Below are positions 8,736-18,256 of a stretch of DNA of 64,000 nt, piece by piece. The stretch is from positions 10,315,728 through 10,379,727 of the forward strand of contig CAVNZM010000005.1 in assembly GCA_963693365.1 (NCBI GenBank). Reading direction: 5' to 3'. How positions within the stretch are numbered: position 1 is the stretch's first letter; each line of letters begins with the position of its first letter. The position numbers were made by a program, and so were the translations under genes. The DNA is from Amoebidium appalachense. Taxonomy: Eukaryota; Protista; Ichthyosporea. The notes beneath the pieces are model-generated. The model searched no databases. It saw only the letters and a list, made by a program, of their open reading frames with translations, and had not been told where the DNA came from.

Positions 8736-10106
8736 ATGTTCCACACAAGTTTTCGTCCACGCACTGGAATTGACAATCCAGTTAAACGGTGCGGGCTTTT
8801 ACCATTCGCCGTCCGCCTCCATTACTCGGATGCCAAGGATCAGTATGACGCCATTGTCTATGCGCTGAACGACAAATTTCAGCTCGAAAAGACCGTTGTC
8901 AGGGCCCACATGCTGGACATTGGAAGAGACGGCGACCTCCGCATCTTCGACACAAAGGAGCTCTTTGATGGTTTCCGTTCAGCCTTTGAGAATGAGATGT
9001 CCTTTGTGCCGACACGGTTGCAAACCCTCCTGGGGCAGGAGGGGCTTGAGGAGGCTGCGCGACACCTCCTGCTTAAGCATAGGCACTCTCTCGCATTCCC
9101 GTTCTACACCGCCTTCCAGCGCTACGTCCTAGGGGCGGCGGACTATGACGCGTTTTATGAGGGCAAAATCTGCGACGGGGTTGGCAGCTTTTTCCTGCTG
9201 ACGGTGAGGGCGCTGTGCAAGCGGTCCGGTCTGACAGCCCGTCCCATCGCATACTTCAGCCAACAGCCAGTCGATTCCCCCTTGGGTGTGTTTACATCCA
9301 GCGTTGGGGAAGATGCCATGGACGACGTTGTGTTCTGTGAATTGGCTGAACGTGCCATCCAGCACTTTGTGGACAAGTTACCGTCCACGTCGTGTCTCGC
9401 CAAGGAGCCCCCTACCCACCCCCCCGAGCCGATAGATTCTTTGTCCAAACACCAGATCGTCGTCCACACCTTCGATGCCCACTTGCATTTGCAATCGGAC
9501 CCCGTCTGCGACCTGATGCTGAAAGTTCTCCACGACAGAGACCTCCGTGTCTTTTCCAACAGGGAGCGCTACATGAAATGGGACGCGGTCCTGGCGGAGG
9601 AGGTGCGTATTATAGTTGAACGGACACAGAGGGGGGACCCAACGGTGACGAGGGCCGACCGCAATAAGGCTGTGTACTTCACGGGGGTCAGGCACTTCGC
9701 GGTCTTCCAGCGCTACGTGGTGCGGGAGCCGGACTACACTGCCGCGCACGCAGGCAACCTCAGCAGGGGAGCCGAAACCGTCATGAAGATGGCGATGCGG
9801 GTACTGTGCGAGTCTGCCGGCCTCACCCCATGCACCATGGACGAAATGGCTCGGCGGCGTGCGAGGATGGCAAGCCCTAACTATTGGCTCGCGCTGGACA
9901 TCGAGCAACTGTGTCTGATTGACTGGTGCAACCGGGCCATCAAGGACTTCGTCGATCAGCTGCCGTCGTCGGTGTGTCTGGCCTGCGGCGCTACCCGTTG
10001 CACCAAGAAGTGCTCAGCCTGCAGGCGCGCATACTACTGCAATGAGGCCTGCCAGATTACGCATTGGCATGAGCACAGGGAGGAATGCCAGAGTCAGGAC
10101 CATTAG
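8736..10106 (+). CDS. MYND zinc-finger protein with an internally duplicated domain of about 210 aa
   Basis: C-terminal CLACG...KKCSACRRAYYCNEACQITHWHEHREEC. Repeats FQRYVL..DY...RALCKRSGLT...RAIQHFVDKLPSTSCLA and FQRYVV..DY...RVLCESAGLT...RAIKDFVDQLPSSVCLA. TATA CATATAAAAG at about 8658. Confidence 0.9.
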   Translation: MFHTSFRPRTGIDNPVKRCGLLPFAVRLHYSDAKDQYDAIVYALNDKFQLEKTVVRAHMLDIGRDGDLRIFDTKELFDGFRSAFENEMSFVPTRLQTLLGQEGLEEAARHLLLKHRHSLAFPFYTAFQRYVLGAADYDAFYEGKICDGVGSFFLLTVRALCKRSGLTARPIAYFSQQPVDSPLGVFTSSVGEDAMDDVVFCELAERAIQHFVDKLPSTSCLAKEPPTHPPEPIDSLSKHQIVVHTFDAHLHLQSDPVCDLMLKVLHDRDLRVFSNRERYMKWDAVLAEEVRIIVERTQRGDPTVTRADRNKAVYFTGVRHFAVFQRYVVREPDYTAAHAGNLSRGAETVMKMAMRVLCESAGLTPCTMDEMARRRARMASPNYWLALDIEQLCLIDWCNRAIKDFVDQLPSSVCLACGATRCTKKCSACRRAYYCNEACQITHWHEHREECQSQDH

Positions 10107-10207
10107 AGAATAGAAAACTCATGGGTTGGACTCGTACATTGGTGTGATCTCGCAGGACCATTAGAGGATAGAAAACTCATGGGTTGGACTCGTACATTGG
10201 TGTGATC
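10095..10207 (+). repeat. 58-bp tandem duplication covering the MYND stop codon and 3' UTR
   Basis: CAGGACCATTAGAG(A/G)ATAGAAAACTCATGGGTTGGACTCGTACATTGGTGTGATC at 10095 and 10153. Confidence 0.9.
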
Positions 10208-10892
10208 CTGGGTTTTGTTATGCACATTGTTTTGTATTAAAAAACTTCTATGATAAAATGTGGGGATTTTTGACATCAGGCAAAATAAAATGTGGGGATT
10301 TTTCACATCAGAAAAATAAACATAAACATCAGTGCACCTTGTGGCGCTTTACTCGCACGCTCTGTCGGAGCACCAGTCTCCGGTATTTCGGCATGAACTC
10401 ATCGGCATACACGTACTTTTTTATACGCCTCTGACCTCTCTTTTTCGACCGACCTCTTCGGTGTGACATGCCCCTCCCCCGGAAAATGTCCGCATCCGAC
10501 TCCAAAAGCACCCTGTCTAGTGAAACCACTTTCTCCGCTTGCACCCAGCCGCGCACAGGTTGCTGGTCCACGCACCCTCCTCGAGCTCGAGGGACACCTT
10601 GCGCCACCCGGATTCTGCGCGCTTGATCTCGCACGCCACCACAATGTCTCCCGGTCGCACACCTGCGGTCCACATGCTTGTGCAACAGCGCACGCTCAGC
10701 ACCTCACACACCGTGTCGGGCCCACGTACACACACGCCGAAACACGCAAGCGCGCACTCGTGGTCATGCAGCGCCTCGAGAACTGGCACCTTGCGAATGA
10801 GTGTGCGCCGACGCAGGCGGGGACTCTGGAGGGTATAAAAGCGTGTGTCTGACACGGGGAGCTGCCAGTCTGAATCTGCACCAGAACCGACC

Positions 10893-11411
10893 ATGGCTTT
10901 TGAGCAGGACCTGAAGCTATTTGTCAATCGGCTGTCGCTGCTTGTATCCAGCATGACGTTCGACTCGAACGGCGCCGGCAGGGTGGCGAGACGGCCGCTA
11001 CAGCTCCACGCAAGACTCGGCAAGGGCGACACGATGCTGTCGGACACGATGCTGCCGCTGCAGTCGGTGGAAACGTCGAACAGGACTGGACTCAACCACC
11101 TGGTGTTTTCGACGTGTCCACTGGAGGGGGCCGGGGATGCGGTGACCATCGACCTGGATTGGGGCAAGTCGTTTCGGCTGACCTGGGAGCGCTGGGACAC
11201 CACGCTGTCGCTGCTGCCACCGAGGGATCCGACGGAGGAGGAGGGCATGAGCGAGGGACGAGCTGTCCCCATGGAGGCAAAGAGAAAACGAACAACCCTT
11301 CTGCGAATCGACTTTTTGAAGGACTTCCTTTGGCATGACATGGGGTGCGACATTCTGTCGCTGCAGTTATATGAATCAGTACAGAAAAATAGGCGGCAGT
11401 GTAGAGAATAA
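10893..11411 (+). CDS. Hypothetical protein
   Basis: ATG in ACCATGG context 60 bp after GGTATAAAAG; 172-aa ORF with GC3 bias; no recognised motif. Confidence 0.6.
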   Translation: MAFEQDLKLFVNRLSLLVSSMTFDSNGAGRVARRPLQLHARLGKGDTMLSDTMLPLQSVETSNRTGLNHLVFSTCPLEGAGDAVTIDLDWGKSFRLTWERWDTTLSLLPPRDPTEEEGMSEGRAVPMEAKRKRTTLLRIDFLKDFLWHDMGCDILSLQLYESVQKNRRQCRE

Positions 11412-11613
11412 TGCAGGTATCTCGCAGTGCGTGTGTGTGTGCGACTGCGCCCCGGATGGTGCAGCACGCGTATATAAGCAGGGCCACACCCAACGTGTCG
11501 TCCGAGCGCATGCTTGTGTGTGCGCACACAAATTTGTAAAAAAGCCAACGTTTTCCTTTGCCCTGAATTCAAGTTACTCTGAGCATAAAATTAATGGTTT
11601 TTTATTTGTTTCA

Positions 11614-11878
11614 TGAGTAACAATATCTTACTCAGGGTACTCATTCTGAGTAACACAGACAAGTTTCCCCCACTAGATGTTACTCACCCAAATATGGTAA
11701 AGGTTTCCTTTTTAGGTATAAAAATATGCAATTGTCATATAGTGAGTAGGATGAGTAGAATGAGTACGTACTCATCTACTGTGGGCTACGGGTATACCTA
11801 AATCTCAATCCAAAAGGAAATTGGAACACCCGGGGGGAGACCAGATGAGTAGGTACTCAAGCTACTCATCCTACTCAC
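11614..11878. promoter_or_regulatory. Origin-like iteron module B (TGAGTA)
   Basis: Scattered TGAGTA/TACTCA at 11614-11686, AT-rich 11705-11740, then an inverted repeat of about 35 bp (11742-11776 vs 11844-11878), each arm holding three 9-bp-period iterons plus one inverted copy. Confidence 0.7.
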
Positions 11879-11887
11879 CCCATCACT

Positions 11888-12031
11888 GCCTATAGGCATG
11901 CCCCGTGTGCAGGGCACTGATTTCTGCCCTCTTCTGGTTGGTGCCAAGAGGCAGTGCCCTACACATGTGGTGTCTAAACAGCCTATAGGCATGCTCTGTG
12001 TGCAGGGCACTGATTTCTACCCTCTTCTGGT
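11888..12031 (-). repeat. About 1.5 inverted copies of the 92-bp palindromic unit
   Basis: Reverse complement of the 16824-17706 array unit, with a few substitutions. Confidence 0.92.
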
Positions 12032-12081
12032 ATTCTGAAATCACTCGCAAGTGTTATCCCTCATGATTGTATCAATCCGTT

Positions 12082-12426
12082 TCATGGAGTCTTAGCGGAC
12101 TGGCCCAGCCGTATGAGACAGGCCCGTAGAAAGTCCTTTTGCTTCTTCAGCTTGTCGTTTTCCAGCTGCAGCTCTTGGTTCTCCACCACCAAATTCTTGT
12201 TCTCTTCGCACACCTTGTTGCGCTCCTCTTGCAGGCCCTTGATCACCTCCCGCTGGTTCTTGTTCATTGTGCGCAGCGCGTCGTTGTCCTTGTCCATGTC
12301 GTTGTTCAACTCCCTCAGCTGCTGGATCAGCCCGTGCAGCCCCTCGTTGGCCTCCTTCAGCATCTTGTTGGTCTCTTGCAGCTGCTTGGTGTGTGCATCT
12401 TGGCGCTGTGTATCTGTTTCATCCAT
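12082..12426 (-). CDS. Small, almost entirely coiled-coil protein
   Basis: 114 aa with heptad pattern LQETNKMLKEANEGL...ENKNLVVENQELQLENDKLKKQKDFL. Confidence 0.75.
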   Translation of the reverse strand: MDETDTQRQDAHTKQLQETNKMLKEANEGLHGLIQQLRELNNDMDKDNDALRTMNKNQREVIKGLQEERNKVCEENKNLVVENQELQLENDKLKKQKDFLRACLIRLGQSAKTP

Positions 12427-12481
12427 TGTGTCGTTTGCAGCCGGTTGGGCAGGAGGTGTTTAGTTTTTCTATCTTTCTATC

Positions 12482-12700
12482 CACGAAGCAAAGCAGTGTG
12501 AACAAAAAAAAACGTCCCTCTTATTTTTACGAAGCAAAAGTGTGACCCAAAAAAACCGTCCCTCTTACACAGTGCAAAATAAAGCAAAATCCTATGATGC
12601 GCAAACACACCGTGAACTAAAAAAACTCGCCACTGATTATTTACACGAAGTAAAGCAGTGTGAACAAAAAAAAGCGCCCCTTACACAATGCAAAATAAAA
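12482..12700 (+). repeat. Three imperfect repeats of about 45 bp upstream of the coiled-coil gene
   Basis: ACGAAG(C/T)AAAGCAGTGTGAACAAAAAAAA..CG(T/C)CCC(T)CTTA at about 12482, 12529 and 12644. Confidence 0.7.
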
Positions 12701-13321
12701 CACACACACACACACACACACACCAAGCCATTTGTATCCAGCTCGGACCCCTTTTTGTGCGCACACTTCTGGTTGGTGTATAAGTATTGGATCCACGTGA
12801 GCGCGAGTTTCCTAAGTGCTGCTCAAAAAGTGACATATGTGATTGTGTACTTTTCCTGACCAATTTTTGTATCCCTGATAGACAGAATAATGCTCGTAAT
12901 TGTTGGGAAGCATATTCGTGTTTTTTTAGGAGTTGCTACATCAAAATACATTGTGTTCAAACACTGATGGCCAAGTTGCAAAGATCGGATTACAATCCAA
13001 TCTGTCAAAATGACAATTCTCAAGTCAAAACATGCTCTTGTTGATCCAATCAGAATTCATCAATCAGTCAGCAGATTTGGTTGAGCCCCAACTTATCGGA
13101 TACACCAAGATGCCTAAATGACAATTAGCCAATCAGATGTTCACGCGATCTCTAGATCCAATCAAGCGTCGCGGCTGGGGTATATCCAACCAATCTAATG
13201 CAATAAAGCATCTGATGCCAAAGCCGGGCACGGCATATAAAAGCCCATACTCTCTTCAATCCACACACCTTTTCCATGTTAGCTAGCTTCTCCCTTGGCA
13301 CACAACGTACATCCAACTGTC

Positions 13322-14056
13322 ATGAAAATGAGTTCTAAAGACATCAAAGATCTAGAAAGGCGCGCTGAAAAAATAGAGACAAGACTCAAGACTTTGGAGG
13401 AGGATGCAAAGGCCCTGCGGGACACCCAGGCCCGTTTCGCGCGCGCCCTTGCTAGGCACGCCCGCATGGCTTTAAGCAAGCGCACCACTACAGCAGCAAC
13501 CGTGGCACCCCCAGCGCTGACCGTGGCACCCCCAGCGCTGACCGTGGCACCCCCTGTCCTGGCAGCGGCACCTGCACTTCGTGCTGGCGAGCATGGCAGC
13601 TCCTATCCCGTGGACTTGGCCCCCCAGCCCCTGCAGCGCTCACGTTTGCACATCACACAGGGGTCCAAGACACGGGAGAAACCACGAAGACAGCAGAAGA
13701 GGACACGAGAGGAAGTCAGAAGCTCTGGGTCGGAGGAGGAGCACCATTCTCCAGTGCCTCCTTGGTTCAACTGGAAGACCTTCACACAGGGGTCCAAGAC
13801 ACGGGAGAAACCACGAAGACAGCAGAAGAGGACACGAGAGGAAGTCAAAAGCTCTGGGTCGGAGGTACAGGAGGAAGTGCCTCCTTGGTTCAAGACCTTG
13901 CTATGGGGACCTGAGGAGTACTCGTCTTCTGAGGAGCACTCGTCTTCCGAGTCCAAGACCTTGACACGGGGACAGCAGAAAAGGGCACGAGCCAGTGAAG
14001 CCAGCAGCTCTGGGGCGTCTTCCGAGTCTTCAGACGGAGATATCAACTGGCCTTGA
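13322..14056 (+). CDS. Coiled-coil plus repetitive basic/Ser-rich hypothetical protein
   Basis: N-terminal coiled coil, TVAPPAL x3, and a duplicated 43-aa block TQGSKTREKPRRQQKRTREEV.SSGSE...VPPWF. TATA GGCATATAAAAGC at about 13232. Confidence 0.75.
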   Translation: MKMSSKDIKDLERRAEKIETRLKTLEEDAKALRDTQARFARALARHARMALSKRTTTAATVAPPALTVAPPALTVAPPVLAAAPALRAGEHGSSYPVDLAPQPLQRSRLHITQGSKTREKPRRQQKRTREEVRSSGSEEEHHSPVPPWFNWKTFTQGSKTREKPRRQQKRTREEVKSSGSEVQEEVPPWFKTLLWGPEEYSSSEEHSSSESKTLTRGQQKRARASEASSSGASSESSDGDINWP

Positions 14057-14114
14057 CACGGTGAAAAAAGGGGCCGCTATTAGAGAGTAGCCTCAGGCTA
14101 TTCTAGTGCTTGTG

Positions 14115-14925
14115 TGCAGGTGTACTTAACATTGAGTGTACTTAGGGTGGGGCTGTGCAGACGTGTACTTAAAGGGTGGGGCTGTGCAGACGTGTACTTA
14201 GGATGGTGCAGACGTGTACTTAAAGGGTGGGGCTGTGCAGACGTGTACTTAAAGGGTGGGGCTGTGCAGACGTGTACTTAGGGCTGTGCAGAGGTGTACT
14301 TAGGGTGGTGCAGAGGTGTACTTAGGGTGGTGCAGAGGTGTACTTAGGGTGGTGCAGACGTGTACTTAGGGTGGTGCAGAGGTGTACTTAGGGTGGTGCA
14401 GAGGTGTACTTAGGGCTGTGCAGAGGTGTACTTAGGGTGGTGCAGAGGTGTACTTAGGGTGGTGCAGAGGTGTACTTAGGGTGGTGCAGACGTGTACTTA
14501 GGGTGGTGCAGAGGTGTACTTAGGGTGGTGCAGACGTGTACTTAGGGTGGGGCTGTGCACCACAGTGTACTTAGGGTGGTGCAGACGTGTACTTAGGGTG
14601 GGGCTGTGCACCACAGTGTACTTAGGGTGGTGCAGACGTGTACTTAGGGTGGTGCAGAGTGTACTTAGGGTGGTGCAGAGGTGTACTTAGGGCTGTGCAG
14701 AGGTGTACTTAGGGTGGTGCAGAGGTGTACTTAGGGTGGTGCAGAGGTGTACTTAGGGTGGTGCAGACGTGTACTTAGGGTGGTGCAGAGGTGTACTTAG
14801 GGTGGTGCAGACGTGTACTTAGGGTGGGGCTGTGCACCACAGTGTACTTAGGGTGGTGCAGACGTGTACTTAGGGTGGGGCTGTGCACCACAGTGTACTT
14901 AGGGTGGTGCAGACGTGTACTTAGG
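14115..14925 (+). repeat. 22-bp G-rich minisatellite containing TTAGGG
   Basis: Unit GTGTACTTAGGGTGGTGCAGA(G/C), with variants GTGTACTTAGGGCTGTGCAGAG and GTGTACTTAGGGTGGGGCTGTGCACCACA; more than 30 units. Confidence 0.95.
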
Positions 14926-15330
14926 TGGGTGTCTTGTGGTGAAAGTAAAGTTTATGGCATACAGGCAGATGTGTGCTTTAAGCCTTAGGGAACTGTGGGC
15001 AGACATGTCAACACTTGGGCCTATGGGTAGACGTGTACACACTTAGTGTATTTGTTTGTGTCTCTCATGGTTATTTTATAGCATGAAGCACTGCAAAAAA
15101 TGGTGTATGTTTCCGTGGTCCACGTACACAGAATCCTTTAATATGAACACAAGTGATTGTATAGAAAAAGAGTACGTACGTACATGATAGTCTAGTCAGA
15201 TTACAAAGAACAAATCAACTTGGACCGAGTATATTCAAATACAAACTAAAAGAGAAAAGAAACAAATAAATCAAGACCGATCAATTCAAATACAAATCAA
15301 AAGAGAATGCCACTTAGTCGACCAATCAAA

Positions 15331-16530
15331 TCAGTACATCTCATGCTCATACTGGTCAAACTCTTCCTGGTCAAGATCAATGAGGGGAATTTCTTCAGTT
15401 TGTTTATGTTTGGGTTCAGGTTTGCGGTCATACACGACCGACTCACGATCAGACGCAGATTCGTCATCTGTCATATCATCGAGTACCTGATTTGCCCGTC
15501 GTTTGAGCCGCTTGGGGTTGAATGCTTCATCTGAGTCCCAATCACATTGATCATGGACGCGTTTGGCGGGTGAGGCAGGTGAAGAGACAGACTCATTACC
15601 ACCTGTGTATGCCTTCAAGTTCTTCTCCCGTCGCAGAATCTTCCTTCGGATGCTTTTTATGGTGTTTTGGGCTGCACACACAGCAGCAATGGCCAGGCCC
15701 TCCGCCATTTCATCTTCAGCCGCCTTTGCCTCTTTGACACGCTCTCGAGCATTCTGGAGCTCCCCCCTCACACTAGTTAGCTGTGCATCGAGGTCCATCG
15801 TATGGTCATGCAACGAAGTCTCAGGTGTTTTGGTGTGCTTGGGCCTGGGCTTAGCGGCAGGGGTGGTCTTGGCAGGAGTGGTCTTGGTGGTAGGGGTGGT
15901 CTTGGCAGGAGTGGTCTTGGTGGTAGGGGTGGTCTTGGCAGGAGTGGTCTTGGTGGTAGGGGTGGTCTTGGCAGGAGTGGTCTTGGCGGCAGGGGTGGGG
16001 GCAGTCACAGGGGCGGTCTTTGCGACAGGGGTGGGGGCAGTCACAGGGGCGGTCTTTGCGACAGGGGTGGGGGCAGTCACAGGGGCGGTCTTTGCGACAG
16101 GGGTGGGGGCAGTCACAGGGGTGGTCTTTGCGGCAGGGGGGGGGGCAGTCACAGTGGTGGTGTTGGCGGCAGGGGTGGGGTCAGCAGTCACAGTGGTGGT
16201 GTTGGCGGCAATGGTAGTCTTGCGAGGGCCACTGAAAATGTAGTTTTCATAGGCCACCTGGCCATCCCGACGGGGTGCTGCAGCCCGTTGCAGGCTGGCA
16301 AGCTCGGCCTGCAGGGTCTTGATCTGCTCTTCGGCTGCCCTCAGTCGTGCCTCTACATCAGAGGGCTGGGGTTGGGGGGGTCGGGGGGTACGCGCAGCAT
16401 TCTCATTGGTCACTTGACTGCGGAGGCTGATGAGGTCGGTGTGCAGGGCCGTTAAGCGAGACGAATGGTCCGTGTACAGAAAATCAAAGCGCTTCTGCAG
16501 CTGTTGAAGCTCCTCTTTCAAAGAATCCAT
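15331..16530 (-). CDS. Coiled coil / Thr-Pro-Ala repeat / coiled-coil hypothetical protein
   Basis: 399-aa ORF with KTAPVTAPTPVA and KTTPAKTTPTT repeats and an acidic C-terminus. TATA GGCATATAAAAGC on the minus strand at about 16625-16637. Confidence 0.8.
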   Translation of the reverse strand: MDSLKEELQQLQKRFDFLYTDHSSRLTALHTDLISLRSQVTNENAARTPRPPQPQPSDVEARLRAAEEQIKTLQAELASLQRAAAPRRDGQVAYENYIFSGPRKTTIAANTTTVTADPTPAANTTTVTAPPPAAKTTPVTAPTPVAKTAPVTAPTPVAKTAPVTAPTPVAKTAPVTAPTPAAKTTPAKTTPTTKTTPAKTTPTTKTTPAKTTPTTKTTPAKTTPAAKPRPKHTKTPETSLHDHTMDLDAQLTSVRGELQNARERVKEAKAAEDEMAEGLAIAAVCAAQNTIKSIRRKILRREKNLKAYTGGNESVSSPASPAKRVHDQCDWDSDEAFNPKRLKRRANQVLDDMTDDESASDRESVVYDRKPEPKHKQTEEIPLIDLDQEEFDQYEHEMY

Positions 16531-16823
16531 GTTTCGTGTGAGTGTTTGAAAAACAAGTTTGTTGTGTGTCGCCTTTTACTATTGAGTGTCAGTGTTGAAA
16601 TGAGTGAATGTGACCGTGTGTGCTGCTTTTATATGCCACGGTACAAAGCAGCTTACAGCAATGGTGCCAAGGCTCAATGGGATAGATCTGACCAATCAAC
16701 GGTCATTGTCACTCAAACGGCTTTGATGATTGGCAAAGTATCACGTCTAAGCTTGATGAAAACAAACCCGTGGCTGCTAACCATTGGCTGTGTATAGATC
16801 TAACCAAAAAAGGAAGGCACAAC

Positions 16824-17706
16824 AAATTAGTGCCCTGCACACGGAGCATGACTATAGGCTGTTTAGACACCACACGTGTAGGGCACTGCCTCTTGGCACC
16901 AACCAGAAGAGGGTAGAAATTGTGCCCTGCACACGGAGCATGCCTATAGGCTGTTTAGACACCACACGTGTAGGGCACTGCCTCTTGGCACCAACCAGAA
17001 GAGGGTAGAAATTGTGCCCTGCACACGGAGCATGACTATAGGCTGTTTAGACACCACACGTGTAGGGCACTGCCTCTTGGCACCAACCAGAAGAGGGTAG
17101 AAATTGTGCCCTGCACACGGAGCATGCCTATAGGCTGTTTAGACACCACACGTGTAGGGCACTGCCTCTTGGCACCAACCAGAAGAGGGTAGAAATTGTG
17201 CCCTGCACACGGAGCATGCCTATAGGCTGTTTAGACACCACACGTGTAGGGCACTGCCTCTTGGCACCAACCAGAAGAGGGTAGAAATTGTGCCCTGCAC
17301 ACGGAGCATGCCTATAGGCTGTTTAGACACCACACGTGTAGGGCACTGCCTCTTGGCACCAACCAGAAGAGGGTAGAAATTGTGCCCTGCACACGGAGCA
17401 TGCCTATAGGCTGTTTAGACACCACACGTGTAGGGCACTGCCTCTTGGCACCAACCAGAAGAGGGTAGAAATTGTGCCCTGCACACGGAGCATGCCTATA
17501 GGCTGTTTAGACACCACACGTGTAGGGCACTGCCTCTTGGCACCAACCAGAAGAGGGTAGAAATTGTGCCCTGCACACGGAGCATGCCTATAGGCTGTTT
17601 AGACACCACACGTGTAGGGCACTGCCTCTTGGCACCAACCAGAAGAGGGTAGAAATTGTGCCCTGCACACGGAGCATGCCTATAGGCTGTTTAGACACCA
17701 CACGTG
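16824..17706 (+). repeat. 92-bp tandem array, about 9.5 nearly identical palindromic units
   Basis: Units start at about 16830, 16921, 17013, 17105 ... 17657. TGTGCCCTGCACACGGAGCATGCCTATAGGCTGTTTAGACACCACACGTGTAGGGCACTGCCTCTTGGCACCAACCAGAAGAGGGTAGAAAT. Confidence 0.97.
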
Positions 17707-17771
17707 TTGTGGCTTCTGCCTTTATCACCCACACACCCCCACGTGCCAACATACACTATCCTCCCCGTGAG

Positions 17772-18235
17772 TGGCATGCCAGTCCCCCCTGCCTCCCCTG
17801 CTCCCCAGTCCCCCCAGTCCCCCCAGCCCCCCTGCCCCCCAGTCCCCCCTGCCCCCCTGCCCCCCTGCCCCCCTGCCTGCCGGAACCAGGCCCCCCAGTG
17901 GTGGCATTCCAACACGTGCATGCTAGAAGATCGTGCTACATGAACAAATGGTCTTAACTCAGCCATACATGGGGGATAGATAGTATCACACAACCATGGT
18001 TCCCCCACTCTCCCCAGCCTCCTGTGCACGTGTGCCTCCCCTGCCCCCCTGCCCCCCTGCCCCCCCTGCTGCCGGAACCACGGCCCCCAGTGGTGGCAGT
18101 GAGTGTCCCCCCTGCCTCCCCTGCACGTGTGCCCCCCCTGCCTCCCCTGCACGTGTGCCCCCCCTGCCTCCCCTGCACGTGTGCCCCCCCTGCCTCCCCT
18201 GCCTCCCGGAACCACGCCCCGGCGCAGTGGCAGCT
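17772..18235 (+). repeat. C-rich composite repeats
   Basis: CCCCCTGCCTCCCCTGCACGTGTG units and three CCGGAACCA...CAGTGG motifs (about 17881, 18072, 18207). Confidence 0.8.
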
Positions 18236-18256
18236 ATTTTTAGATATAGAGATTCC

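Noticed and set aside
14115-14925. True telomere or CRISPR array
   Set aside because: It is internal, flanked by genes on both sides, not a pure (TTAGGG)n, and has no unique spacers.
16824-17706. CRISPR array
   Set aside because: The units are essentially identical over all 92 bp, with no variable spacers and no cas genes.
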